64,000 nucleotides of DNA, taken from positions 41,198-105,197 of the forward strand of contig LCLP01000003.1 of the NCBI GenBank assembly GCA_001002135.1, read 5' to 3'. How positions within the stretch are numbered: position 1 is the stretch's first letter; every line of letters starts with the position of its first letter. Positions 25,732-35,995 of this stretch are shown in pieces. Under the pieces are notes generated by a model. That model was not told where the DNA came from, did not search any database, and was given only the letters and a program-made list of their open reading frames with translations. This DNA is from Candidatus Pacebacteria bacterium GW2011_GWA1_46_10. Its GTDB lineage: Bacteria; Patescibacteriota; Microgenomatia; UBA1400; PJMF01. Made by a program: the position numbers and the translations under genes.

Positions 25732-26927
25732 AACCAACCTTGATTACCGGCCTGCAGTGGGGTGATGAGGGTAAGGGTAAGGTGATCGACCTATTGGCCG
25801 ATAAGTTCGACGTCACCATTCGCTTTAATGGCGGCAACAACGCCGGCCACACCGTCAAGGTCGGTGACACCACCCTGCACTTCAAACTGATGCCCTCCGC
25901 AGCGCTCCATGGCAAAAAGGTCCTAATCGCTCAAGCCGTCGTTATCAACCCCAAAGTCATGCTCCAAGAAATTGACCAAATCAAACAATTGGGCGTCAAA
26001 CTCGACCTTGGCATCGACCCTCGCTGTCATGTGGTCCTCCCTTACCACCAGGCGTTAGACGGCGCTTCTGAAGCCAGCAAAGGCAAAGCCAAGACCGGCT
26101 CACTGGGACTAGGGATTGGTTTTTCGTTTGAGGACCGCACCAACCGCGCCGGCATCCGGATGGAAGAGCTTGTCCAACCGACAGTGTTACGGGAAAAGTT
26201 AAAAGCCAACTGGGACTTGAAGAAGCGCCGAGTGGTTAACGCCTACCAGCAGCAATTCCCACTCCAGTTTGAAAAAGTTTACCAAGAATATGTGGCCTAC
26301 GGGCGGAAACTCAAGCCATACTTGCTGTCAGTGGCCGAGTACACTCTTGATCATCTCCCCAAAAAGCGTTTTCTCCTCGAGACCGCTCAAGGCTTTTCCC
26401 TCGACTTTGTCTTTGGCACCTACCCGTATACCGTCGCCTACCACACTCTTGCTTCTTCGGCGCTGCCCGACATTGGCCTACCACCGATGGCGCTCAACGT
26501 CGTCGGCATCGTCAAAGCCTACACAACGCGGGTTGGTAACGGCCCCTTCCCCACTGAACTTAAAACCAAAATTGGCGATTACCTCCAGGAAAAAGGCCAT
26601 GAATTTGGCACTGTTTCCGGCCGACGTCGCCGTTGTGGTTGGCTCGATTTGCCAATACTCCAACACGCTGGCCGCCTGAGTGGTATCAACTCGATTATCC
26701 TGACTAAATTGGACGTGTTAAGCGGCTTGAAAACCCTCAAAATCAAGACTGCCAAAGGCTACGTCAACTTCCCCGGCTGGCAGGAGGACATCAGCACTGT
26801 GAAGCGCTGGGACAAACTCCCTGTCAACTGTCGACGTTATGTTTTGTACCTTGAAAAACAGTTGTACGTTCCGATAAAGTACGTGTCTGTCGGACCAGAC
26901 CGACGACAAACCATTAGCAGGAAATAA
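25728..26927 (+). CDS. purA: adenylosuccinate synthetase
   Basis: 399 aa; QWGDEGKGKVID P-loop, GGNNAGHTV, C-terminal GTP-binding elements; start overlaps purB stop. Confidence 0.95.
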   Translation: MKPTLITGLQWGDEGKGKVIDLLADKFDVTIRFNGGNNAGHTVKVGDTTLHFKLMPSAALHGKKVLIAQAVVINPKVMLQEIDQIKQLGVKLDLGIDPRCHVVLPYHQALDGASEASKGKAKTGSLGLGIGFSFEDRTNRAGIRMEELVQPTVLREKLKANWDLKKRRVVNAYQQQFPLQFEKVYQEYVAYGRKLKPYLLSVAEYTLDHLPKKRFLLETAQGFSLDFVFGTYPYTVAYHTLASSALPDIGLPPMALNVVGIVKAYTTRVGNGPFPTELKTKIGDYLQEKGHEFGTVSGRRRRCGWLDLPILQHAGRLSGINSIILTKLDVLSGLKTLKIKTAKGYVNFPGWQEDISTVKRWDKLPVNCRRYVLYLEKQLYVPIKYVSVGPDRRQTISRK

Positions 26928-28370
26928 ATGCCCACCCAATCCAATATTCCACTCGCCCTGGCTTACGACGATGTCTTACTCGTGCCCCAGCGCTCGCGCA
27001 TCAAACACCGCGCTGATACCAATACCGCCACCTACTTGACCAGTAAAATCAAACTGGCCTTGCCTTTCCTGTCCGCCAACATGGACACCGTAACAGAAAG
27101 CCAGATGGCGATCGCCATGGCTCGCGCCGGAGGCTTGGGAGTCATTCACCGCTTTATGACTATTAAAGATCAGGTAAAAGAGGTTGATAAAGTGGCTCGC
27201 TTCGAGGGCTTTTTTATCGACAATCCTTACACTACTCATCCCGACAAACCAGTTCGTCACATCATTGAGAACATTGCCCTTAATGGGGTCAGCAGTTATT
27301 TGGTGGTCGATCAGAAAAATAAACTGCTGGGTTTAGTCAGCCGCCGCGATGTCATTTTTGAGACTGATCACAGCCAAAAGGTTTCACAAGTAATGACGCC
27401 CCTGAAAAGCTTAATTACCGTCCCTCCAGGCACCACCAAAGACAAAGCTAAAAAACTCTTTGCCAAGTACAAGATTGAGAAACTGCCGGTTATCAAGCGT
27501 GATGGCACCCTGGCCGGCCTGATTACCGCTAAATCAATCGAAAACTATGAACTACAGCCACTGGCCACCAAGGACGAACTCGGTCGCCTGCGCTGCGGGG
27601 CCGCCGTTGGGGTGGTTGGTGACTACTTGGAACGCGCTGGCGCCTTGCTCACGGCCGGCGCTGATGTCCTGGTCGTCGACGTCGCTCATGGCCAAAACGC
27701 CGCCTCACTAGAAGCCATCGCCGCGCTGCGTAAGACCTACCACCAAGCCCAAATTATCGGCGGCAACGTTGCCACACCCCAAGGAGTCAAAGACCTCATT
27801 AAGGCTGGTGTCGACGCCGTCAAAGTCGGCATCGGCCCGGGCGGCATTTGTTCCACCCGCATGGTCACTGGCGTTGGTGTCCCGCAGTTCACGGCCGTAA
27901 TGCAGTGCACCGCGGCCGCCAAAGGCACCAAGGTCAAGGTCATTGCCGACGGCGGCACCAACTACGCTGGCGATATCGCCAAGGCCCTGGCCGCCGGCGC
28001 TTCCACCATCATGCTGGCTGGTTGGTTTGCTGGCACCAACGAGAGTCCAGGTGAGATTATCGTCCGCAACAACCGCAAATTTAAGGTTCACCGCGGCTCA
28101 GCTTCTTTCAGCTCACAGGTGGATCGGGGTGCGCGCACCGGTACGCTCAAAAACGGGCTGAATACCATCGTGCCAGAAGGAGTGGAATCACTCATCGAAT
28201 ACAAAGGTGGGGTTTCAGACATTATTTACCAACTACTGGGCAGTCTGCGCTCCGCCATGAGTTACTGCAACGCTACTACTATCAAGGAGTTACAGCAAAA
28301 CGCCAAATTCGTGAGGATTACCTCTGCCGGGTTCAGAGAATCAAAAACGCATAACGTCGATGAGATTTAG
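26928..28370 (+). CDS. guaB: inosine-5'-monophosphate dehydrogenase
   Basis: 480 aa; tandem CBS insert, catalytic loop [20 protein letters not shown], ..GGVSDI.. ; begins 1 nt after purA stop. Confidence 0.95.
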   Translation: MPTQSNIPLALAYDDVLLVPQRSRIKHRADTNTATYLTSKIKLALPFLSANMDTVTESQMAIAMARAGGLGVIHRFMTIKDQVKEVDKVARFEGFFIDNPYTTHPDKPVRHIIENIALNGVSSYLVVDQKNKLLGLVSRRDVIFETDHSQKVSQVMTPLKSLITVPPGTTKDKAKKLFAKYKIEKLPVIKRDGTLAGLITAKSIENYELQPLATKDELGRLRCGAAVGVVGDYLERAGALLTAGADVLVVDVAHGQNAASLEAIAALRKTYHQAQIIGGNVATPQGVKDLIKAGVDAVKVGIGPGGICSTRMVTGVGVPQFTAVMQCTAAAKGTKVKVIADGGTNYAGDIAKALAAGASTIMLAGWFAGTNESPGEIIVRNNRKFKVHRGSASFSSQVDRGARTGTLKNGLNTIVPEGVESLIEYKGGVSDIIYQLLGSLRSAMSYCNATTIKELQQNAKFVRITSAGFRESKTHNVDEI

Positions 28371-29260
28371 CGCGCCGGTTCTTGGCGAGGATTCGCGGGA
28401 TCTTTGTAAAAAATGATACTGTGGTCAGGCACACCCCCTCTGATGCGAGTGCCGTTCCTGGGATTGTTCTCATCAAACGGTTCACCTTTTAAGATTGAGT
28501 TAATACTGGGAAAATTGGTCTGTTGACCATCAGTGTAATAGACTACTGGCACGTGGCCTGCTTCTTCCAATTCCAGCAGATCGTGAACTGCCACCGGGTC
28601 AATCGGCACACTCATCCCTGGCCTAAAATCGTCGGTGTTTTTCGATAAAACACCTCTCTCAATCAAAGCTGGAAAAGTGGCAAAACTAATCGGTCGAGCA
28701 TTTTTATCCAATTTTGGGTCAGCCGTGCAGATAAACAACACATTGGACAAAATCATTGCCAATAACTCAATGTCTTTCGGGTCTGTGGTTCGAGCTAGTT
28801 CTTGAGCAAACAACTGTAATAACAAAACCGCCGAGGTATCGGAAGACTGCCCCTCTTTAAGCCAACTGGCGCTGATCACATCGTGAGTGTGGTCGCGGGC
28901 CAAAGCGGCAGCCCTCGCAGGACTGTTAGGCACTGCCGATGCCACCTTTAAACCATGTGAGCCGGCCAGCTGACGCAACACCTCAGCATTCTCAAGCATC
29001 ATATGCTTAGCCAACCGATCTTTGGCACCCGAAGAAATATCGCCAGCAGCCCTTTGGTCTCGGCGAACCCTTGGCCCACCACCAATAATCAAACCAATTT
29101 TGGCATAGTGCTCAAGCAAAACCGAGGCAAAGGTGCGGAAAAAATCCTCAAAATAGTCCTGCTTGATTACTCCTGTTTCTGGATCGGTAGCAAACGAACC
29201 ACCAAACTTCACCACGGCAATGCGCTGTTTTTCTGTCTGCTCGCTGGTATTCGTACTCAT
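28367..29260 (-). CDS. amino-acid-kinase fold protein, UMP-kinase (PyrH)-like
   Basis: 297 aa; IAVVKFGGS nucleotide-binding start, ..IGLIIGGGP.., ..ICTADPKLDKNARPI.. pattern of the aspartokinase/UMP kinase family. Confidence 0.55.
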   Translation of the reverse strand: MSTNTSEQTEKQRIAVVKFGGSFATDPETGVIKQDYFEDFFRTFASVLLEHYAKIGLIIGGGPRVRRDQRAAGDISSGAKDRLAKHMMLENAEVLRQLAGSHGLKVASAVPNSPARAAALARDHTHDVISASWLKEGQSSDTSAVLLLQLFAQELARTTDPKDIELLAMILSNVLFICTADPKLDKNARPISFATFPALIERGVLSKNTDDFRPGMSVPIDPVAVHDLLELEEAGHVPVVYYTDGQQTNFPSINSILKGEPFDENNPRNGTRIRGGVPDHSIIFYKDPANPRQEPAR

Positions 29261-29359
29261 ACTTTACTTTGCTTGGCCGCCTCAAAGCATAGTGGTTAAA
29301 CCACCAGATCCCACCTACTTCATCACGGTCGGGCAGATGATACTGTTATCGGTAATAGC

Positions 29360-30613
29360 TTGACTAATCGGTCAAATTACTACGATAGAAAACTTACTCG
29401 GCGAATTCTACTATTTTATAGGACGCATAGCAAGCCTAAAACTTACTTTATCATTGCTATAATGACCCCTGAGTTTATGAAAATCCTGATGGTCACCACC
29501 ACCTACTCTCCCAGCCTCAACGGGGTGGCTATCTCCACGTACCGCACCGTCCAAGAATTGCGTCGGAAAAAGCACCGAGTCACCGTTATCATGCCTCATC
29601 ACCCGCAACGAAAGAAAAAACACCCAGACGACATCGAGCTCCCTGCGCTTCCCAATCCGATTCAGAAAGATTACCCCATTCCAGTCCCTGCCAGGTTTTC
29701 TATCCCACAACTGGCAAAAAAACGCTTCGATATTGTGCACTTTCATCAACCGGTGTTGATCGATGTTTTGGCTCAATCGATCGCCAAAGACCAAAACATT
29801 CCCCTCGTTTTTACCTACCACACCAGATACGAAGACTATGCCAAACAATACGCTTCGTTCCTGCCTAAAAAATTCTTAAGCCAGATCGTCAAAGCCAAAA
29901 TCCAAACCATCCTCAATCGGTGTGATGGACTAATCGCTACCACCCAAACCTACCAACAACAATTGCAAAAAACTTTCCAGAAACCGGTCTTTTACGTTTC
30001 TACTGCCGGTTTGACCAAGCGCATGAAAGTCAGAGTGAGTAAACAAACCCTGCGCCAGCACCATCAAATCCCGTTGGATAAAACGGTGTTACTCAATGTT
30101 TCGCGCCAAGTACCCGAAAAAAACCTCCCGCTCATCATCAAAACATTTGCTCTTTTGCCAACCAAATATTTCCTGGTCATGGTTGGTGGTGGTATCAGCA
30201 CCGAGCCGCTCAAAAAATTGAGTCAGCAACTCAAGGTTAATAGCCGCGTGCTCTTTACCGGTCCTCTCCCCCAAGAAAACCTGCCTGATTGGTTTAGTCT
30301 GGCTGATTTTTTTATCTATTCTTCAAAGACCGATACGATCGGCATCAACATTCTGGAAGCGCTGTCTGCCGGTCTGCCGGTGTTTGCTGTCCAAGACCCC
30401 AATGTAGCAGAAGTCATCAAACACGGCAGCAATGGCTTTGTGCTGCCAGCCAAGCCAAAAGCCTTCGCTAAAGCCATTCAACAGTTTCCCTGGCGGCGCT
30501 ATGCCAGTTTCTCGCGCCAAGCGACTACCAGCGCGCATCACTTTTTGATCTCTGAAACCACCAAACAACTAGTTGAGGTATATAAAACCATCATCGCTAA
30601 CAAACATGTTTGA
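29360..30613 (+). CDS. glycosyltransferase family 4 (GT-B fold)
   Basis: C-terminal EX7E-type motif ..GINILEALSAGLPVFAV..; likely true start MKILMVTTTYSP at 29477. Confidence 0.8.
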   Translation: MTNRSNYYDRKLTRRILLFYRTHSKPKTYFIIAIMTPEFMKILMVTTTYSPSLNGVAISTYRTVQELRRKKHRVTVIMPHHPQRKKKHPDDIELPALPNPIQKDYPIPVPARFSIPQLAKKRFDIVHFHQPVLIDVLAQSIAKDQNIPLVFTYHTRYEDYAKQYASFLPKKFLSQIVKAKIQTILNRCDGLIATTQTYQQQLQKTFQKPVFYVSTAGLTKRMKVRVSKQTLRQHHQIPLDKTVLLNVSRQVPEKNLPLIIKTFALLPTKYFLVMVGGGISTEPLKKLSQQLKVNSRVLFTGPLPQENLPDWFSLADFFIYSSKTDTIGINILEALSAGLPVFAVQDPNVAEVIKHGSNGFVLPAKPKAFAKAIQQFPWRRYASFSRQATTSAHHFLISETTKQLVEVYKTIIANKHV

Positions 30614-31727
30614 CATCGTCGTCATCGGGGCCGGTATTTCCGGAGCAACACTGGCTGAGCGCTATGCTTCGCTTGACAAAAAAGTGCTGGTGATCGAAAA
30701 GCGTGACCACATCGGCGGCAACTGCTACGACTTTTACAACCAAGACGGCATCCTTATCTCCAAGTACGGCGCGCACCTGTTTCACACCAACTACGAAGAC
30801 GTCTGGGAATACGTCAATCGCTTCGCTGACTGGTATTTTTACGAGCACCGAGTGTTGGCCAAAGTCGACGGTCAACTTGTGCCGATTCCGGTCAACATCA
30901 CCACGGTTAATAAAGTCTTTGGCTTGAAACTCAAAACCGAACAGGAAATGAAACAATGGCTCAAAAAACACCAGCTCCCCAACCAAAATCCCAAAAACGG
31001 TGAGGAGGCGGCGCTGGCTCGGGTTGGCAAAGTGTTATACGAAAAAATGTTTAAAAACTACACCAAAAAACAGTGGCACAAAGATCCATCAGCACTTGAT
31101 GCCTCGGTCCTCAATCGGATTCCGGTGCGCACCACCTTTGATGACCGCTACTTTAGCGACAAGTATCAATATTTACCGACCGGCGGTTACACTAAGCTCT
31201 TTGAAAAAATGCTTGACCGCCCTCATATTACAGTGCGACTCAACACCGATTATTTTGATGTCAAAAACGAGTTGAAAGGATACCAAAAACTCTTTTTCAC
31301 CGGCCCGATTGACCGGTTTTTCGAGTTTAAATACAGTCTGGAACACCAACTGGAGTACCGCTCACTCAACTTTGTTTGGGAAACACACGATCAAGAGTTT
31401 TATCAGCAAAACGCCGTCATTAATTATCCCTCATCTGTCGACGGTGACTTCACGCGGATCGTGGAGTACAAACATTTTACCAAGCAAAAACACCCCAAAA
31501 CTACTATTTCCAAAGAGTATTCTACCGACTACATTCCAGGCGAAAATGAACCATACTACCCTGTGCCAAATCCCCAGAACCGAGCACTCTACGAAAAATA
31601 CCAACAGGAGGCCAGTCAATTAACCGACATTTACTTTGTTGGCCGACTGGCTAATTACAAGTATTTCAACATGGACGAAGCCTTCAAAAATGCACTGGAT
31701 TTATTCACTAGACTAGAAGAAAAATGA
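30573..31727 (+). CDS. glf: UDP-galactopyranose mutase
   Basis: FAD-binding MFDIVVIGAGISGATLAERYA (true start probably 30606), ..HIGGNCYD.., ..RYASLDKKVLVIEKRDH..; full-length match to Glf layout. Confidence 0.9.
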   Translation: MRYIKPSSLTNMFDIVVIGAGISGATLAERYASLDKKVLVIEKRDHIGGNCYDFYNQDGILISKYGAHLFHTNYEDVWEYVNRFADWYFYEHRVLAKVDGQLVPIPVNITTVNKVFGLKLKTEQEMKQWLKKHQLPNQNPKNGEEAALARVGKVLYEKMFKNYTKKQWHKDPSALDASVLNRIPVRTTFDDRYFSDKYQYLPTGGYTKLFEKMLDRPHITVRLNTDYFDVKNELKGYQKLFFTGPIDRFFEFKYSLEHQLEYRSLNFVWETHDQEFYQQNAVINYPSSVDGDFTRIVEYKHFTKQKHPKTTISKEYSTDYIPGENEPYYPVPNPQNRALYEKYQQEASQLTDIYFVGRLANYKYFNMDEAFKNALDLFTRLEEK

Positions 31728-31884
31728 GTTCGCAACCTTGGTGAGTTTGAAACAATAATAAAAAACTACAACATATGTTTCTGAAAATGACCCCCAAAAT
31801 CTGCCATGCATTTGCCATGCAAATATGGGGTATCACTTTCAGAAAACGTATATCTTGGTTTCCTTAAAGTAGGTTAATTAAAAG

Positions 31885-32976
31885 ATGAAACAACTCAATG
31901 TTGGTGACCACCGCTACACCCTACCCCTGTTTCTACCTGATGCCACCCGCGGGGTGGTGCGGGGATTGTCCAGCCAACAAGTTCAAGAGGTGGGCATCCA
32001 AGGAGTAGTGGTTAATACTTACCATTTGCTGGAACGGCCAGGAACAGTGGTGCTGAAAAAGCTCGGCAGCGTGGGGGCATTGATGAGCTGGCGCGGTTTG
32101 ATCGTTTCTGATTCCGGCGGTTTTCAACTATTTTCCCTCATTCATAAACATCCCAAACTCGGCAAAATCACCGACGAAGGCGTGGTGCTCTACTCCAGTG
32201 AAAAACAACGGCGAAAAACCCTTTTTACTCCCGAAGATTCCATTAAAACCCAGTTTGCCATCGGGGCGGACATCATGATTTGTTTAGACGATTTTTCCCC
32301 CGTAAGTGGCTCGGCCAAACGCTTACAGGAAAGTGTGGAAAGAACTACCGCGTGGGCCAAGCGTTGTAAAACCGAGTTTGAAAAACAGTGTCGGAAAAAA
32401 GGGTTAAGCAAGCGTAATCGCCCATTGTTGTTTGCCGTCATCCAAGGCCACGACCAACCGGCGCTGCGCCAACAAAGTGCTCAGGAACTAATCGAGCTTG
32501 GTTTTGATGGGTTCGGTTTTGGCGGCTGGCCACTTGATAGTAACGGTGATTTTGACTATCATATCGCCCGAGTGATAGCCGACGCCACTCCTAATGATAA
32601 GCCCCGCTTCGCCCTGGGAGTCGGCTCACCGGCCAACATCGTCAAACTGCGCTTGATGGGGTACGACCTGTTTGATTGCGTCCTGCCCACCAGAGACGCC
32701 CGTCATCAACGGTTGTATGTCTTAAACCAACCACTCAACCAAGTAAATTTCTCCGGTAAAAGACCGTGGTATCAACACCTGTATATAGACCGCGGGCGGT
32801 ATGTTGCTGATCCCACGCCGGTCGATCAATACTGTGATTGTCCAACTTGTAAAAATTACTCGAAAGCTTACCTCCACCATCTCTTTAAAATTCAGGATAG
32901 TTTAGCTTTTCAGCTGGCCATCACCCACAACCTCTGGTTTTATGCCCAATTGATGAAAAAGCTCCAACAAATGTAA
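31885..32976 (+). CDS. tgt: queuine tRNA-ribosyltransferase
   Basis: 363 aa; TIM-barrel TGT with zinc subdomain CDCPTCKNYSKAYLHHL (CxCxxC...H). Confidence 0.9.
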   Translation: MKQLNVGDHRYTLPLFLPDATRGVVRGLSSQQVQEVGIQGVVVNTYHLLERPGTVVLKKLGSVGALMSWRGLIVSDSGGFQLFSLIHKHPKLGKITDEGVVLYSSEKQRRKTLFTPEDSIKTQFAIGADIMICLDDFSPVSGSAKRLQESVERTTAWAKRCKTEFEKQCRKKGLSKRNRPLLFAVIQGHDQPALRQQSAQELIELGFDGFGFGGWPLDSNGDFDYHIARVIADATPNDKPRFALGVGSPANIVKLRLMGYDLFDCVLPTRDARHQRLYVLNQPLNQVNFSGKRPWYQHLYIDRGRYVADPTPVDQYCDCPTCKNYSKAYLHHLFKIQDSLAFQLAITHNLWFYAQLMKKLQQM

Positions 32977-33011
32977 CGCTTTTTGTCAGTTTCCCTTTTC
33001 ATCATAAGATC

Positions 33012-33659
33012 ATGAAGCATCGACCCAATATTCGAGAGAAACTGCGGTCTTTTGGACCGCAAAACTTAAGTAACCAAGAATTGTTGGCCTTGATTTTGGG
33101 CAGCGGCACTCTTAATCTTTCGGTCATCCAGTTAGCAGCCCAGATCCTGCGCCAGTTTCCACTGGCAATACTTCACCAGCCATCACTCAAAAAACTGACT
33201 ACAATCAGCGGTCTAGGTCCAGCTAAAGCGGCCCAAATCATGGCCGCGCTGGAACTGGGGAAACGAAACCATCAACCCACTCCAACACCCATCAGAAATC
33301 CTCACAGTGTTCTGCCGCATCTAGAAGAAATTCGCCGTAAACGGCGAGAACATACCATCTGTTTATACCTGAATGCCCGCCACGAACTGCTGCATAAAGA
33401 GACCGTCGCCGTTGGCGGTTTGAACTACTCTCTCCTAGAGGCTAGAGACGTTTTTGGCCCCGCGCTGCGGCTGCCGGCCGTATCCATTATTTTGGCTCAC
33501 AATCACCCATCAGGCTCGACTAAACCAAGTCAAGAAGATCTGAGTGTGACTGACAAATTGGCGAAAGCCGGTACATTACTCGGTGTGACTCTCCTCGATC
33601 ACTTGATTGTTACAAGAACTGCCTATACCTCACTGCGCGAACAAGGGAAGTTAGAGTAA
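33012..33659 (+). CDS. radC: RadC-family JAB/MPN domain protein
   Basis: 215 aa; N-terminal HhH, C-terminal JAMM motif ..ILAHNHPSGSTKPSQEDLSVT.. Confidence 0.85.
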   Translation: MKHRPNIREKLRSFGPQNLSNQELLALILGSGTLNLSVIQLAAQILRQFPLAILHQPSLKKLTTISGLGPAKAAQIMAALELGKRNHQPTPTPIRNPHSVLPHLEEIRRKRREHTICLYLNARHELLHKETVAVGGLNYSLLEARDVFGPALRLPAVSIILAHNHPSGSTKPSQEDLSVTDKLAKAGTLLGVTLLDHLIVTRTAYTSLREQGKLE

Positions 33660-33882
33660 TGCTCAATTTATTTCTTTATTTTCGCAGCAACACTTCAAAT
33701 GAATCAATAAAATCTGACAAAAAAAACCTTTGAAAAATCGTCATTGGTTTTTTGAGAGACTTCAAATTTTCGAGTAGATTTTTCACAGAGCTGGTGGAGG
33801 TGCCAGCGCGTTTTGAAGACAGATTTTGTTGATGAATTTCGAGATTCGAGAATGAAAAAATAAAGAAATATATTTGATAAAA

Positions 33883-35316
33883 TTATTGTTTTTTTACTCG
33901 CTGCTCACCCGATGCTTCATCAATTACCTGAAAACCAGCTTTTTCAATCTGCTGACGCAGTGTATCTGCTGACTGCCAATCTTGCTTTTCACGAGCAACT
34001 TGCCGCTGATCAAGCAACTGCTGAATCTCTGTTGGCACCTCAACCGGTTCAACCTCATGAATCTTGGCTAACCCCAGTCCTAGCACTTCATCAAACTCAA
34101 GGAGTAAGTGGTACTTTTGCTCATCAGTGACATTACTCCCTCCCACTAAGTCCCACATCACGGCCAACGCTTCTGGCGTCTTAAGATCATGCTCAATTTG
34201 ACCAAAGAAACGATGTCGATAGTTTTCGACTGCCGCCAGCTGTGCTTCAGTTGGTTCCGGCGCTTGACCCTTAGTCTCCAAAAATCCCTGAATACGGTCA
34301 ACTAATTTTTCCCAGGACACTTGTGCGCCCTCCATATTTTCCCAAGTAAAGTTCATTTCTGAGCGGTAGTGAGCCGACAAGAGCAATAAGCGAAACGCCA
34401 TCGGGTCATACTCTTTTTTCAAAAGGTCATCGATGGTGTAAAAGTTATTGAGCGACTTACTCATCTTCTGGCCATCAACCAGCAAAAAGTTGTGATGAAC
34501 CCAAAACCGCACAAACGGTTTTCTACCGGTAATTGCTTCACTTTGGGCAATTTCATTGGTGTGATGCACTGGAATGTGGTCGAATCCACCGGTGTGAATA
34601 TCAAGTTGGTCGCCCAAATGTTCCATGCTGATGGCTGAACACTCGATGTGCCAGCCAGGGAAACTGCGCTGGTGCCAAGGGCTTTCCCAGACCATGGCTC
34701 GGTTTTCGCCTGGTCGTTCAAACTTCCAGAGCGCAAAGTCGGCGGGGTGACGTTTACCCACCACCTTCTCAATCCGCGCCCCCTCTTCCAATCCTTCGAT
34801 GTTCAACCGAGCCAATTTGCCGTAATTAGGTAGTTTACTAGTGTCAAAGTACACCCCGTCTTCCGGAATAACATAGGTATAGCCTTTTTCCTCCAGTTTT
34901 TTAACAAGGTCAAGCTGATACGGCACACTTTCCGTCGCTCGCGCCGTGACATTGGGGCGCAAGTTATTCATCAGATCCAAAGAGTAGTGAAAGTAGTCCT
35001 CAAACTTCTGGGCTATCTCCCAAGCCGTACCACCATATTTTTTGGCGCTCTTCTCCATTTTGTCCTCACCAGTATCGGCGTCTGAAGCCAGGTGCCCAAC
35101 GTCAGTCACATTGCGCACAAACTTCACCTCGTACCCTGTATGCCGCAGCGTGCGCACTAGCACATCATCCATGGTGTATTTCCTGAGGTGCCCGATGTGG
35201 GTGTAGTCATAGACGGTCGGTCCGCAGGTATAGAGCTTGACCAAACTGGGATCCAGTGGCACAAACTCTTCGATCTGGCGAGAAAGGGTGTTATAGAGTT
35301 TCATCAAGCCAACCAA
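33883..35316 (-). CDS. cysS: cysteinyl-tRNA synthetase
   Basis: Class I HIGH (TVYDYTHIGHLR) and KMSKS (KMSKSLNN) motifs; probable true start MKLYNTL at 35301. Confidence 0.95.
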   Translation of the reverse strand: MVGLMKLYNTLSRQIEEFVPLDPSLVKLYTCGPTVYDYTHIGHLRKYTMDDVLVRTLRHTGYEVKFVRNVTDVGHLASDADTGEDKMEKSAKKYGGTAWEIAQKFEDYFHYSLDLMNNLRPNVTARATESVPYQLDLVKKLEEKGYTYVIPEDGVYFDTSKLPNYGKLARLNIEGLEEGARIEKVVGKRHPADFALWKFERPGENRAMVWESPWHQRSFPGWHIECSAISMEHLGDQLDIHTGGFDHIPVHHTNEIAQSEAITGRKPFVRFWVHHNFLLVDGQKMSKSLNNFYTIDDLLKKEYDPMAFRLLLLSAHYRSEMNFTWENMEGAQVSWEKLVDRIQGFLETKGQAPEPTEAQLAAVENYRHRFFGQIEHDLKTPEALAVMWDLVGGSNVTDEQKYHLLLEFDEVLGLGLAKIHEVEPVEVPTEIQQLLDQRQVAREKQDWQSADTLRQQIEKAGFQVIDEASGEQRVKKQ

Positions 35317-35959
35317 TCATTTCTTCTACAGCATTAATTTTTGCTTGATAATCGTTGGGGTCTGCTTGTTGTAAATCACTGCCCAACAAATCTGCATAAA
35401 CAAACAGCAACAATCCTGGAGCTAAATCGCCCATGGCGTACAAAAGTTCGGCAAAGAAGTCTCGGTCAGATCTTTGCAGCTTTACACTCACCAAACCATG
35501 CATATAACCGTGAGCCAACACAAATTGATAAATCCACTCCTTTTCTACTTCAGTCAAATCAACCTGTTGTAAACAGCGCCTGGCCCAACTCACTCCGGTT
35601 AATTCATGACCAGGAGCACTAAAATTTCCCAGAGCGGTCTCTATCAGAACTTCTGCTTTGCCCATATCATGAAAAACCGTGGCTAGGAAAATCAGCGTTT
35701 GGTGCGAAACTTTATCTAGTTTACTAACTAAATAGGTTTGCAATTTGGCTTTTAATGATTCATTTTTAATAAATGCCAAGGCAAACAACTTTTCCAACCC
35801 CTCCAAAACTGCTATCACATGATCATACACTGACTGGTGATTATGATAGGCGCTGTTTTCTTTGGTGTTTTTCAATCGATAAAACTGAGGAAAGACATCG
35901 GTAAAATCACCGTCTTTAAGGGATTTGAGGGTAATCGCCTGCGGAGCAAGTTTTACCAT
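35291..35959 (-). CDS. HD-domain phosphohydrolase
   Basis: 222 aa; ..HNHQSVYDHV.. and ..VFHDMGK.. His/Asp metal ligands of HD superfamily. Confidence 0.6.
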   Translation of the reverse strand: MVKLAPQAITLKSLKDGDFTDVFPQFYRLKNTKENSAYHNHQSVYDHVIAVLEGLEKLFALAFIKNESLKAKLQTYLVSKLDKVSHQTLIFLATVFHDMGKAEVLIETALGNFSAPGHELTGVSWARRCLQQVDLTEVEKEWIYQFVLAHGYMHGLVSVKLQRSDRDFFAELLYAMGDLAPGLLLFVYADLLGSDLQQADPNDYQAKINAVEEMIGWLDETL

Positions 35960-35995
35960 TAGTTCATTATAGCGATCCTGACAATCTGGCGGTGA

